From NCBI GenBank assembly GCA_964016885.1, contig OZ024743.1, forward strand, positions 297,724,001-297,788,000: a stretch of DNA of 64,000 bases. The letters run 5' to 3'. The stretch comes from Eledone cirrhosa (Eukaryota). Below the pieces are notes generated by a model. The model was not told where the DNA came from. It saw nothing but the letters and a program-made list of their open reading frames with translations, and did not search any database. A program made the translations under genes and the position numbers. Shown piece by piece: positions 25,758 through 40,324 of this stretch. How positions within the stretch are numbered: the first letter of the stretch is position 1; every line of letters starts with the position of its first letter.

Positions 25758-27217
25758 AAAGACATTCATTTTGAAGTAGATGAATCAAAATGTTTTTAAA
25801 TTCATTTTATTTTCATTATATATCTTGCGTATTAGATAGTTATGTATATATAATTTTGCATTTGTTAAAACAATATACATTCTATAGAGAGTTTACTTCA
25901 TATATTTAACTGATACTTCAAGTTCTGTTATAAATACTGCTATCTAAAACAAATAAAAATCACATCTTTTCTTCTGCTATTGCTACTTGTTCTCATTCAC
26001 CATATATCGTAGATGAGATAGAGATTCATACATACACTACAAACTATCATACTAATCACCATAAACAACCTTATTATTGATAATCTAATAGTAAAATAAA
26101 ATCTCATAGTAAAATAAAACAAGTTAATTGAAATCTACTGTGTTTTATTGAGTAATTGAAATATCAAACAATGATAGTTCGATTAAAATCAAATAAATAA
26201 AATAGAAAATACATTATTATAATTTTCGAAGAAAAACGGTTCACAATCACGTCGAAACCTCCCAATAAGCGATGAAATGTAATTACAATTAGTAGCCTAC
26301 CTTGTCCTGTTCTTATAAAAAGACACATTTGAATCCCCATACAATTTAAAGCGAATATTTACAAAATTACATGGAATCATGATGGCAGAATTTCCCTTAG
26401 ATGTACGTAAAAGACGTGATAATAGAAATATTTCAAACCGAGCCGTCTTTAAAATATGGTGGGTATATTATTCCAGGCATCATTTGTATTACAGTAATAC
26501 TACCATTGACAAAATTAACTTGTGTTATAAAAGGTAACATTTTCACAATGAACGTTACATTTGTAAAACCTCTCTACTCAAATGCTTTCCTATGACGTCA
26601 CAACATATATTTTTATATTTAGATTGGACGAATTAGTTTAGCATTTCTCACTTTAGTCAAGAAATGAGAACATCGCTAAAGAAGGAAATAAGCTGATATA
26701 GTAAGGTAGTGTGTAAGATAATGTGTAAATAGTGTTAAAATCGAATGAAGAGGACATTTGGTTAAACACTGAATGTGACTAATAATGGATTAAAATGCTC
26801 CAATTTTTACTTTCAGATCTCTGGCATTCCTGTACTTTCCAGTTCTATTTCTTGATAATCAAATGCTCTATTTTATTTTTAACATAGCAAGAAAGGGTTT
26901 CAATCATGTAGTTTCGTTATTGTTTCTTTATATTTGTGAGATCATATCTAACAATGTATACAAAATATCTCTGAATATACTTTTAAAAGAATCTATTGCA
27001 TACATGAGTTCAGAATAATTAGATGTAGTCATTGACGAGAGGAAAGAACCGATTAGAGTGGGAGAAACTGGAAAACACGCAAAACCAAAGATATTGTTAC
27101 AGACAAATTATAGCCTTTTCAAATGAAAAATAATGAGAAATAATGAATCGAGCGTGTAAGGAATTGAAGATTAAATAAGGCTTACTAAACTAAACTTAAA
27201 TATTATGGCAAAAACTA

Positions 27218-27299
27218 CGACGAAGATGAGATTCGAACTCATGCGGGAGGATCCAAATGTATTAGCAGTCCATCGCCTAAACCACTCGGCCACCTCGTC
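27218..27299 (-). tRNA. tRNA-Ser(GCT), boxes intact, G30-A40 mismatch
   Basis: A and B boxes intact. Confidence 0.7.
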
Positions 27300-27772
27300 A
27301 ATTTTGATAAGAAAAGTGGAACTCTTCACATAGAAAACTGAAGTTTGAAATAAACGTTTATGAATATAATCGCTTGAAAGTTGATAATTTGGTGATAGAA
27401 GAATGTCAGCATTCTCATTCTATGATAGTATAGGAGAACCAAAGATTACCAACTATTTTAAAGTATGAAAGGAAATAATCACTAAAATTGTTTTAAGTTA
27501 TTTTATTGTTGTGTTTAAGAAACTTAAGACTGGTTTTAAGGGAAGACAGATTGGAATTAAGATTTCCCCTAGACCAACATCGAATGATAACATCTCTTCT
27601 ATGCTATTACAATTTACATGATTTTCAGTGAAATTGAATTAAATATCCAAATGTTAGTTAATTCTCCGGACAAAATGTTGTCATCGACACGGAAGAATTA
27701 GAGTGACATTGAACGATAATATTGTCTAAAACATACCTACACTAATTTAAATTGACAACCATTGAACGTACA

Positions 27773-27845
27773 GGGCTTGTGGCGCAATGGATAACGCGCC
27801 TGACTACGGATCAGGAGATTCCAGGTTCGACTCCTGGCAAGCTCG
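27773..27845 (+). tRNA. tRNA-Arg(ACG), consensus
   Basis: Consensus cloverleaf. Confidence 0.95.
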
Positions 27846-29295
27846 AAAGACTTTCATTTTCAAGTAGATGTATCAAAATGTTTTTAAATTCATTTTATTT
27901 TCATTATATATCTTGCGTATTAGATAGTTATGTATATATAATTTTGCATTTATTAAAACAATATACATTCTATAGAGAGTTTACTTCATATATTTAACTG
28001 ATACTTCAAGTTCTGTTATAAATACTGCTATCTAAAACAAATAAAAATCACATCTTTTCTTCTGCTATTGCTACTTGTTCTCATTCACCATATATCGTAG
28101 ATGAGATAGAGATTCATACATACACTACAAACTATCATACTAATCACCATAAACAACCTTATTATTGATAATCTAATAGAAAATCATAGTAAAATAAAAC
28201 AAGTTAATTGAAATCTACTGTGTTTTATTGAGTAATTGAAATATCAAACAATGATAGTTCGATTAAAATCAAATAAATAAAATAGAAAATACATTATTAT
28301 AATTTTCGAAGAAAAACGGTTCACAATCACGTCGAAACCTCCCAATAAGCGATGAAATGTAATTACAATTAGTAGCCTACCTTGTCCTGTTCTTATAAAC
28401 AGACACATTTGAATCCCCATACAATTTAAAGCGAATATTTACAAAATTACATGGAATCATGATGGCAGAATTTCCCTTAGATGTACGTAAAAGACGTGAT
28501 AATAGAAATATTTCAAACCGAGCCGTCTTTAAAATATGGTGGGTATATTATTCCAGGCATCATTTGTATTACAGTAATACTATCATTGACAAAATTAACT
28601 TGTGTTATAAAAGGTAACATTTTCACAATGAACGTTACATTTGTAAAACCTCTCTACTCAAATGCTTTCCTATGACGTCACAACATATATTTTTATATTT
28701 AGATTGGACGAATTAGTTTAGCATTTCTCACTTTAGTCAAGAAATGAGAACATCGCTAAAGAAGGAAATAAGCTGATATATTAAGGTAGTGTGTAAGATA
28801 GTGTGTAAATAGTGTTGAAATCGAATGAAGAGGACATTTGGTTAAACACTGAATGTGACTAATAATGGATTGAAATGCTCCAATTTTTACTTTCAGATCT
28901 CTGGCATTCCTGTAATTTCCAGTTCTATTTCTTGATAATCAAATGGTCTATTTTATTTTTAACATAGCAAGAAAGAGTTTCAATCATGTAGTTTCGTTAT
29001 TGTTTCTTTATATTTGTGAGATCATATCTAACAATGTATACAAAATATCTCTGAATATACTTTTAAAAGAATCTATTGCATACATGAGTTCATGAATATT
29101 AGATATAGTCATTGACGAGAGGAAAGAAGCACTGAGAGTGAGAGAAACTGGAAAACACGCAAAACCAAAGATATTGTTAGACAAATTATTGCCTTTTCAA
29201 ATGAAAAATAATGAGAATAAAAGAATCGAGCGTGTAAGGAATTGAATATTAAATAAGACTTACTAGACTAAACTTAAATATTATGGCAAAAACTG

Positions 29296-29376
29296 CGACG
29301 AAGATGAGATTCAAACTCATGTGGCACGATCCCAATGTATTAGCAGTCCATCGCCTAAACCACTCGCCATCTCGTC
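29296..29376 (-). pseudogene. tRNA-Ser(GCT) pseudogene
   Basis: A-box deletion, C56T. Confidence 0.8.
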
Positions 29377-29849
29377 AATTTTGATAAGAAAAGTGGAACT
29401 CTTCACATAGAAAACTGAAGTTTGAAATAAACGTTTATGAATATAATCGCTTGAAAGTTGATAATTTGGTGATAGAAGAATGTCAGCATTCTCATTCTAT
29501 GATAGTATGGGAGAACGAAAGATTACCAACTATTTTAAAGTATGAAAGGAAATAATCACTAAAATTGTTTTAAGTTATTTTATTGTTGTGTTTAAGAAAC
29601 TTAAGACTGGTTTTAAGGGAAGACAGATTGGAATTAAGATTTCCCCCAGACCAACATCGAATGATAACATCTCTTCTATGCTATTACAATTTACATGATT
29701 TTCAGTGAACTTGAATTAAATATCCAAATGTTTGTTAATTCTCCGGACAAAATGTTGTCATCGACACGGAAGAATTAGAGTGACATTGAACGATAATATT
29801 GTCTAAAACATACCTACACTAATTTAAATTGACAACCATTGAACGTACA

Positions 29850-29922
29850 GGGCTTGTGGCGCAATGGATAACGCGCCTGACTACGGATCAGGAGATTCCA
29901 GGTTCGACTCCTGGCAAGCTCG
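29850..29922 (+). tRNA. tRNA-Arg(ACG), consensus
   Basis: Consensus cloverleaf. Confidence 0.95.
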
Positions 29923-31372
29923 AAAGACTTTCATTTTGAAGTAGATGTATCAAAATGTTTTTAAATTCATTTTATTTTCATTATATATCTTGCGTATTAG
30001 ATAGTTATGTATATATAATTTTGCATTTATTAAAACAATATACATTCTATAGAGAGTTTACTTCATATATTTAACTGATACTTCAAGTTCTGTTATAAAT
30101 ACTGCTATCTAAAACAAATAAAAATCACATCTTTTCTTCTGCTATTGCTACTTGTTCTCATTCACCATATATCGTAGATGAGATAGAGATTCATACATAC
30201 ACTACAAACTATCATACTAATCACCATAAACAACCTTATTATTGATAATCTAATAGAAAATCATAGTAAAATAAAACAAGTTAATTGAAATCTACTGTGT
30301 TTTATTGAGTAATTGAAATATCAAACAATGATAGTTCGATTAAAATCAAATAAATAAAATAGAAAATACATTATTATAATTTTCGAAGAAAAACGGTTCA
30401 CAATCACGTCGAAACCTCCCAATAAGCGATGAAATGTAATTACAATTAGTAGCCTACCTTGTCCTGTTCTTATAAACAGACACATTTGAATCCCCATACA
30501 ATTTAAAGCGAATATTTACAAAATTACATGGAATCATGATGGCAGAATTTCCCTTAGATGTACGTAAAAGACGTGATAATAGAAATATTTCAAACCGAGC
30601 CGTCTTTAAAATATGGTGGGTATATTATTCCAGGCATCATTTGTATTACAGTAATACTACCATTGACAAAATTAACTTGTGTTATAAAAGGTAACATTTT
30701 CACAATGAACGTTACATTTGTAAAACCTCTCTACTCAAATGCTTTCCTATGACGTCACAACATATATTTTTATATTTAGATTGGACGAATTAGTTTAGCA
30801 TTTCTCACTTTAGTCAAGAAATGAGAACATCGCTAAAGAAGGAAATAAGCTGATATATTAAGGTAGTGTGTAAGATAGTGTGTAAATAGTGTTGAAATCG
30901 AATGAAGAGGACATTTGGTTAAACACTGAATGTGACTAATAATGGATTGAAATGCTCCAATTTTTACTTTCAGATCTCTGGCATTCCTGTACTTTCCAGT
31001 TCTATTTCTGGATAATCAAATGGTCTATTTTATTTTTAACATAGCAAGAAAGAGTTTCAATCATGTAGTTTCGTTATTGTTTCTTTATATTTGTGAGATC
31101 TTATCTAACAATGTATACAAAATATCTCTGAATATACTTTTAAAAGAATCTATTGCATACATGAGTTCATGATAATTAGATGTAGTCATTGACGAGAGGA
31201 AAGAAGCACTGAGAGTGAGAGAAACTGGAAAACACGCAAAACCAAAGATATTGTTAGACAAATTATTGCCTTTTCAAATGAAAAATAATGAGAATAAAAG
31301 AATCGAGCGTGTAAGGAATTGAATATTAAATAAGACTTACTAGACTAAACTTAAATATTATGGCAAAAACTG

Positions 31373-31453
31373 CGCCGAAGATGAGATTCAAACTCATGTG
31401 GCACGATCCAAATGGATTAGCAGTCCATCGCCTAAACCACTCGCCATCTCGTC
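31373..31453 (-). pseudogene. tRNA-Ser(GCT) pseudogene
   Basis: Same as the copy at 25131. Confidence 0.8.
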
Positions 31454-31926
31454 AATTTTGATAAGAAAAGTGGAACTCTTCACATAGAAAACTGAAGTTT
31501 GAAATAAACGTTTATGAATATAATCGCTTGAAAGTTGATAATTTGGTGATAGAAGAATGTCAGCATTCTCATTCTATGATAGTATGGGAGAACCAAAGAT
31601 TACCAACTATTTTAAAGTATGAAAGGAAATAATCACTAAAATTGTTTTAAGTTATTTTATTGTTGTGTTTAAGAAACTTAAGACTGGTTTTAAGGGAAGA
31701 CAGATTGGAATTAAGATTTCCCCTAGACCAACATCGAATGATAACATCTCTTCTATGCTATTACAATTTACATGATTTTCAGTGAAATTGAATTAAATAT
31801 CCAAATGTTAGTTAATTCTCCGGACAAAATGTTGTCATCGACACGGAAGAATTAGAGTGACATTGAACGATAATATTGTCTAAAACATACCTACACTAAT
31901 TTAAATTGACAACCATTGAACGTACA

Positions 31927-31999
31927 GGGCTTGTGGCGCAATGGATAACGCGTCTGACTACGGATCAGGAGATTCCAGGTTCGACTCCTGGCAAGCTCT
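31927..31999 (+). tRNA. tRNA-Arg(ACG), T27 and T73 variant
   Basis: Same as the copy at 25685. Confidence 0.88.
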
Positions 32000-33459
32000 A
32001 AAGACATTCATTTTGAAGTAGATGAATCAAAATGTTTTTAAATTCATTTTATTTTCATTATATATCTTGCGTATTAGATAGTTATGTATATATAATTTTG
32101 CATTTGTTAAAACAATATACATTCTATAGAGAGTTTACTTCATATATTTAACTGATACTTCAAGTTCTGTTATAAATACTGCTATCTAAAACAAATAAAA
32201 ATCACATCTTTTCTTCTGCTATTGCTACTTGTTCTCATTCACCATATATCGTAGATGAGATAGAGATTCATACATACACTACAAACTATCATACTAATCA
32301 CCATAAACAACCTTATTATTGATAATCTAATAGTAAAATAAAATCTCATAGTAAAATAAAACAAGTTAATTGAAATCTACTGTGTTTTATTGAGTAATTG
32401 AAATATCAAACAATGATAGTTCGATTAAAATCAAATAAATAAAATAGAAAATACATTATTATAATTTTCGAAGAAAAACGGTTCACAATCACGTCGAAAC
32501 CTCCCAATAAGCGATGAAATGTAATTACAATTAGTAGCCTACCTTGTCCTGTTCTTATAAAAAGACACATTTGAATCCCCATACAATTTAAAGCGAATAT
32601 TTACAAAATTACATGGAATCATGATGGCAGAATTTCCCTTAGATGTACGTAAAAGACGTGATAATAGAAATATTTCAAACCGAGCCGTCTTTAAAATATG
32701 GTGGGTATATTATTCCAGGCATCATTTGTATTACAGTAATACTACCATTGACAAAATTAACTTGTGTTATAAAAGGTAACATTTTCACAATGAACGTTAC
32801 ATTTGTAAAACCTCTCTACTCAAATGCTTTCCTATGACGTCACAACATATATTTTTATATTTAGATTGGACGAATTAGTTTAGCATTTCTCACTTTAGTC
32901 AAGAAATGAGAACATCGCTAAAGAAGGAAATAAGCTGATATAGTAAGGTAGTGTGTAAGATAATGTGTAAATAGTGTTAAAATCGAATGAAGAGGACATT
33001 TGGTTAAACACTGAATGTGACTAATAATGGATTAAAATGCTCCAATTTTTACTTTCAGATCTCTGGCATTCCTGTACTTTCCAGTTCTATTTCTTGATAA
33101 TCAAATGCTCTATTTTATTTTTAACATAGCAAGAAAGGGTTTCAATCATGTAGTTTCGTTATTGTTTCTTTATATTTGTGAGATCATATCTAACAATGTA
33201 TACAAAATATCTCTGAATATACTTTTAAAAGAATCTATTGCATACATGAGTTCAGAATAATTAGATGTAGTCATTGACGAGAGGAAAGAACCGATTAGAG
33301 TGGGAGAAACTGGAAAACACGCAAAACCAAAGATATTGTTACAGACAAATTATAGCCTTTTCAAATGAAAAATAATGAGAAATAATGAATCGAGCGTGTA
33401 AGGAATTGAAGATTAAATAAGGCTTACTAAACTAAACTTAAATATTATGGCAAAAACTA

Positions 33460-33541
33460 CGACGAAGATGAGATTCGAACTCATGCGGGAGGATCCAAAT
33501 GTATTAGCAGTCCATCGCCTAAACCACTCGGCCACCTCGTC
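33460..33541 (-). tRNA. tRNA-Ser(GCT), boxes intact, G30-A40 mismatch
   Basis: Same as the copy at 27218. Confidence 0.7.
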
Positions 33542-34014
33542 AATTTTGATAAGAAAAGTGGAACTCTTCACATAGAAAACTGAAGTTTGAAATAAACGTT
33601 TATGAATATAATCGCTTGAAAGTTGATAATTTGGTGATAGAAGAATGTCAGCATTCTCATTCTATGATAGTATGGGAGAACCAAAGATTACCAACTATTT
33701 TAAAGTATGAAAGGAAGTAATCACTAAAATTGTTTTAAGTTATTTTATGGTTGTGTTTAAGAAACCTAAGACTGGTTTTAAGGGAAGACAGATTGGAATT
33801 AAGATTTCCCCCAGACCAACATCGAATGATAACATCTCTTCTATGCTATTACAATTTACTTGATTTCCAGTGAAATTGAATTAAATATCCAAATGTTAGT
33901 TAATTCTCCGGACAAAATGTTGTCATCGACACGGAAGAATTAGAGTGACATTCAACGATAATATTGTCTAAAACATACCTATACTAGTTTAAATTGACAA
34001 CCATTGACTAAACT

Positions 34015-34087
34015 GGGCTTGTGGCGCAATGGATAACGCGCCTGACTACGGATCAGGAGATTCCAGGTTCGACTCCTGACAAGCTCG
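34015..34087 (+). tRNA. tRNA-Arg(ACG), T-stem mismatch (G65A)
   Basis: ...ACTCCTGACAAGCTCG. Confidence 0.88.
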
Positions 34088-35539
34088 AAAGACTTTCATT
34101 TTCAAGTAGATGTATCAAAATGTTTTTAAATTCATTTTATTTTCATTATATATCTTGCGTATTAGATAGTTATGTATATATAATTTTGCATTTATTAAAA
34201 CAATATACATTCTATAGAGAGTTTACTTCATATATTTAACTGATACTTCAAGTTCTGTTATAAATACTGCTATCTAAAACAAATAAAAATCACATCTTTT
34301 CTTCTGCTATTGCTACTTGTTCTCATTCACCATATATCGTAGATGAGATAGAGATTCATACATACACTACAAACTATCATACTAATCACCATGAACAACC
34401 TTATTATTGATAATCTAATAGAAAATCATAGTAAAATAAAACAAGTTAATTGAAATCTACTGTGTTTTATTGAGTAATTGAAATATCAAACAATGATAGT
34501 TCGATTAAAATCAAATAAATAAAATAGAAAATACATTATTATAATTTTCGAAGAAAAACGTTTCACAATCACGTCGAAACCTCCCAATAAGCGATGAAAT
34601 GTAATTACAATTAGTAGCCTACCTTGTCCTGTTCTTATAAAAAGACACATTTGAATCCCCATACAATTTAAAGCGAATATTTACAAAATTACATGGAATC
34701 ATGATGGCAGAATTTCCCTTAGATGCACGTAAAAGACGTGATAATAGAAATATTTCAAACCGAGCCGTCTTTAAAATATGGTGGGTATATTATTCCAGGC
34801 ATCATTTGTATTACAGTAATACTACCATTGACAAAATTAACTTGTGTTATAAAAGGTAACATTTTCACAATGAACGTTACATTTGTAAAACCTCTCTACT
34901 CAAATGCTTTCCTATGACGTCACAACATATATTTTTATATTTAGATTGGACGAATTAGTTTAGCATTTCTCACTTTAGTCAAGAAATGAGAACATCGCTA
35001 AAGAAGGAAATAAGCTGATATAGTAAGGTAGTGTGTAAGATAATGTGTAAATAGTGTTAAAATCGAATGAAGAGGACATTTGGTTAAACACTGAATGTGA
35101 CTAATAATGGATTAAAATGCTCCAATTTTTACTTTCAGATCTCTGGCATTCCTGTACTTTCCAGTTCTATTTCTTGATAATCAAATGCTCTATTTTATTT
35201 TTAACATAGCAAGAAAGAGTTTCAATCATGTAGTTTCGTTATTGTTTCTTTATATTTGTGAGATCATATCTAACAATGTATACAAAATATCTCTGAATAT
35301 ACTTTTAAAAGAATCTATTGCATACATGAGTTCAGAATAATTAGATGTAGTCATTGACGAGAGGAAAGAACCGATTAGAGTGGGAGAAACTGGAAAACAC
35401 GCAAAACCAAAGATATTGTTACAGACAAATTATAGCCTTTTCAAATGAAAAATAATGAGAAATAATGAATCGAGCGTGTAAGGAATTGAAGATTAAATAA
35501 GGCTTACTAAACTAAACTTAAATATTATGGCAAAAACTA

Positions 35540-35621
35540 CGACGAAGATGAGATTCGAACTCATGCGGGAGGATCCAAATGTATTAGTAGTCCATCGCCT
35601 AAACCACTCGGCCACCTCGTC
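35540..35621 (-). tRNA. tRNA-Ser body with anticodon ACT, G30-A40 mismatch
   Basis: Plus-strand 'ttagtag' reads CT-ACT-AA on the minus strand. Confidence 0.65.
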
Positions 35622-36094
35622 AATTTTGATAAGAAAAGTGGAACTCTTCACATAGAAAACTGAAGTTTGAAATAAACGTTTATGAATATAATCGCTTGAA
35701 AGTTGATAATTTGGTGATAGAAGAATGTCAGCATTCTTATTCTATGATAGTATGGGAGAACCAAAGATTACCAACTATTTTAAAGTATGAAAGGAAGTAA
35801 TCACTAAAATTGTTTTAAGTTATTTTATGGTTGTGTTTAAGAAACTTAAGACTGGTTTTAAGGGAAGACAGATTGGAATTAAGATTTCCTCCAGACCAAC
35901 ATCGAATGATAACATCTCTTCTATGCTATTACAATTTACTTGATTTCCAGTGAAATTGAATTAAATATCCAAATGTTAGTTAATTTTCCGGACAAAATGT
36001 TGTCATCGACACGGAAGAATTAGAGTGACATTCAACGATAATATTGTCTAAAACATACCTATACTAATTTAAATTGACAACCATTGACTAAACT

Positions 36095-36167
36095 GGGCTT
36101 GTGGCGCAATGGACAACGCGCCTGACTACGGATCAGGAGATTCCAGGTTCGACTCCTGGCAAGCTCG
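36095..36167 (+). tRNA. tRNA-Arg(ACG), D-loop T>C
   Basis: Cloverleaf intact. Confidence 0.92.
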
Positions 36168-37617
36168 AAAGACATTCATTTTGAAGTAGATGAATCAAAA
36201 TGTTTTTAAATTCATTTTATTTTCATTATATATCTTGCGTATTAGATAGTTATGTATATATAATTTTGCATTTGTTAAAACAATATACATTCTATAGAGA
36301 GTTTACTTCATATATTTAACTGATACTTCAAGTTCTGTTATAAATACTGCTATCTAAAACAAATAAAAATCACATCTTTTCTTCTGCTATTGCTACTTGT
36401 TCTCATTCACCATATATCGTAGATGAGATAGAGATTCATACATACACTACAAACTATCATACTAATCACCATAAACAACCTTATTATTGATAATCTAATA
36501 GAAAATCATAGTAAAATAAAACAAGTTAATTGAAATCTACTGTGTTTTATTGAGTAATTCAAATATCAAACAATGATAGTTCGATTAAAATCAAATAAAT
36601 AAAATAGAAAATACATTATTATAATTTTCGAAGAAAAACGGTTCACAATCACGTCGAAACCTCCCAATAAGCGATGAAATGTAATTACAATTAGTAGCCT
36701 ACCTTGTCCTGTTCTTATAAAAAGACACATTTGAATCCCCATACAATTTAAAGCGAATATTTACAAAATTACATGGAATCATGATGGCAGAATTTCCCTT
36801 AGATGCACGTAAAAGACGTGATAATAGAAATATTTCAAACCGAGCCGTCTTTAAAATATGGTGGGTATATTATTCCAGGCATCATTTGTATTACAGTAAT
36901 ACTACCATTGACAAAATTAACTTGTGTTATAAAAGGTAACATTTTCACAATGAACGTTACATTTGTAAAACCTCTCTACTCAAATGCTTTCCTATGACGT
37001 CACAACATATATTTTTATATTTAGATTGGACGAATTAGTTTAGCATTTCTCACTTTAGTCAAGAAATGAGAACATCGCTAAAGAAGGAAATAAGCTGATA
37101 TATTAAGGTAGTGTGTAAGATAGTGTGTAAATAGTGTTGAAATCGAATGAAGAGGACATTTGGTTAAACACTGAATGTGACTAATAATGGATTGAAATGC
37201 TCCAATTTTTACTTTCAGATCTCTGGCATTCCTGTACTTTCCATTTCTATTTCTGGATAATCAAATGGTCTATTTTATTTTTAACATAGCAAGAAAGAGT
37301 TTCAATCATGTAGTTTCGTTATTGTTTCTTTATATTTGTGAGATCATATCTAACAATGTATACAAAATATCTCTGAATATACTTTTAAAAGAATCTATTG
37401 CATACATGAGTTCATGATAATTAGATGTAGTCATTGACGAGAGGAAAGAAGCACTGAGAGTGAGAGAAACTGGAAAACACGCAAAACCAAAGATATTGTT
37501 AGACAAATTATTGCCTTTTCAAATGAAAAATAATGAGAATAAAAGAATCGAGCGTGTAAGGAATTGAAGATTAAATAAGACTTACTAGACTAAACTTAAA
37601 TATTATGGCAAAAACTG

Positions 37618-37698
37618 CGACGAAGATGAGATTCAAACTCATGTGGCACGATCCAAATGGATTAGCAGTCCATCGCCTAAACCACTCGCCATCTCGTC
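37618..37698 (-). pseudogene. tRNA-Ser(GCT) pseudogene
   Basis: A-box deletion, C56T. Confidence 0.8.
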
Positions 37699-38171
37699 AA
37701 TTTTGATAAGAAAAGTGGAACTCTTCACATAGAAAACTGAAGTTTGAAATAAACGTTTATGAATATAATCGCTTGAAAGTTGATAATTTGGTGATAGAAG
37801 AATGTCAGCATTCTCATTCTATGATAGTATAGGAGAACCAAAGATTACCAACTATTTTAAAGTATGAAAGGAAATAATCACTAAAATTGTTTTAAGTTAT
37901 TTTATTGTTGTGTTTAAGAAACTTAAGACTGGTTTTAAGGGAAGACAGATTGGAATTAAGATTTCCCCTAGACCAACATCGAATGATAACATCTCTTCTA
38001 TGCTATTACAATTTACATGATTTTCAGTGAAATTGAATTAAATATCCAAATGTTAGTTAATTCTCCGGACAAAATGTTGTCATCGACACGGAAGAATTAG
38101 AGTGACATTGAACGATAATATTGTCTAAAACATACCTACACTAATTTAAATTGACAACCATTGAACGTACA

Positions 38172-38244
38172 GGGCTTGTGGCGCAATGGATAACGCGCCT
38201 GACTACGGATCAGGAGATTCCAGGTTCGACTCCTGGCAAGCTCG
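38172..38244 (+). tRNA. tRNA-Arg(ACG), consensus
   Basis: Consensus cloverleaf. Confidence 0.95.
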
Positions 38245-39696
38245 AAAGACTTTCATTTTCAAGTAGATGTATCAAAATGTTTTTAAATTCATTTTATTTT
38301 CATTATATATCTTGCGTATTAGATAGTTATGTATATATAATTTTGCATTTATTAAAACAATATACATTCTATAGAGAGTTTACTTCATATATTTAACTGA
38401 TACTTCAAGTTCTGTTATAAATACTGCTATCTAAAACAAATAAAAATCACATCTTTTCTTCTGCTATTGCTACTTGTTCTCATTCACCATATATCGTAGA
38501 TGAGATAGAGATTCATACATACACTACAAACTATCATACTAATCACCATAAACAACCTTATTATTGATAATCTAATAGAAAATCATAGTAAAATAAAACA
38601 AGTTAATTGAAATCTACTGTGTTTTATTGAGTAATTGAAATATCAAACAATGATAGTTCGATTAAAATCAAATAAATAAAATAGAAAATACATTATTATA
38701 ATTTTCGAAGAAAAACGGTTCACAATCACGTCGAAACCTCCCAATAAGCGATGAAATGTAATTACAATTGGTAGCCTACCTTGTCCTGTTCTTATAAAAA
38801 GACACATTTGAATCCCCATACAATTTAAAGCGAATATTTACAAAATTACATGGAATCATGATGGCAGAATTTCCCTTAGATGTACGTAAAAGACGTGATA
38901 ATAGAAATATTTCAAACCGAGCCGTCTTTAAAATATGGTGGGTATATTATTCCAGGCATCATTTGTATTACAGTAATACTACCATTGACAAAATTAACTT
39001 GTGTTATAAAAGGTAACATTTTCACAATGAACGTTACATTTGTAAAACCTCTCTACTCAAATGCTTTCCTATGACGTCACAACATATATTTTTATATTTA
39101 GATTGGACGAATTAGTTTAGCATTTCTCACTTTAGTCAAGAAATGAGAACATCGCTAAAGAAGGAAATAAGCTGATATAGTAAGGTAGTGTGTAAGATAA
39201 TGTGTAAATAGTGTTAAAATCGAATGAAGAGGACATTTGGTTAAACACTGAATGTGACTAATAATGGATTAAAATGCTCCAATTTTTACTTTCAGATCTC
39301 TGGCATTCCTGTACTTTCCAGTTCTATTTCTTGATAATCAAATGCTCTATTTTATTTTTAACATAGCAAGAAAGAGTTTCAATCATGTAGTTTCGTTATT
39401 GTTTCTTTATATTTGTGAGATCATATCTAACAATGTATACAAAATATCTCTGAATATACTTTTAAAAGAATCTATTGCATACATGAGTTCAGAATAATTA
39501 GATGTAGTCATTGACGAGAGGAAAGAACCGATTAGAGTGGGAGAAACTGGAAAACACGCAAAACCAAAGATATTGTTACAGACAAATTATAGCCTTTTCA
39601 AATGAAAAATAATGAGAAATAATGAATCGAGCGTGTAAGGAATTGAAGATTAAATAAGGCTTACTAAACTAAACTTAAATATTATGGCAAAAACTA

Positions 39697-39778
39697 CGAC
39701 GAAGATGAGATTCGAACTCATGCGGGAGGATCCAAATGTATTAGTAGTCCATCGCCTAAACCACTCGGCCACCTCGTC
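39697..39778 (-). tRNA. tRNA-Ser body with anticodon ACT, G30-A40 mismatch
   Basis: Same as the copy at 35540. Confidence 0.65.
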
Positions 39779-40251
39779 AATTTTGATAAGAAAAGTGGAA
39801 CTCTTCACATAGAAAACTGAAGTTTGAAATAAACGTTTATGAATATAATCGCTTGAAAGTTGATAATTTGGTGATAGAAGAATGTCAGCATTCTTATTCT
39901 ATGATAGTATGGGAGAACCAAAGATTACCAACTATTTTAAAGTATGAAAGGAAGTAATCACTAAAATTGTTTTAAGTTATTTTATGGTTGTGTTTAAGAA
40001 ACTTAAGACTGGTTTTAAGGGAAGACAGATTGGAATTAAGATTTCCTCCAGACCAACATCGAATGATAACATCTCTTCTATGCTATTACAATTTACTTGA
40101 TTTCCAGTGAAATTGAATTAAATATCCAAATGTTAGTTAATTTTCCGGACAAAATGTTGTCATCGACACGGAAGAATTAGAGTGACATTCAACGATAATA
40201 TTGTCTAAAACATACCTATACTAATTTAAATTGACAACCATTGACTAAACT

Positions 40252-40324
40252 GGGCTTGTGGCGCAATGGACAACGCGCCTGACTACGGATCAGGAGATTC
40301 CAGGTTCGACTCCTGGCAAGCTCG
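40252..40324 (+). tRNA. tRNA-Arg(ACG), D-loop T>C
   Basis: Same as the copy at 36095. Confidence 0.92.
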
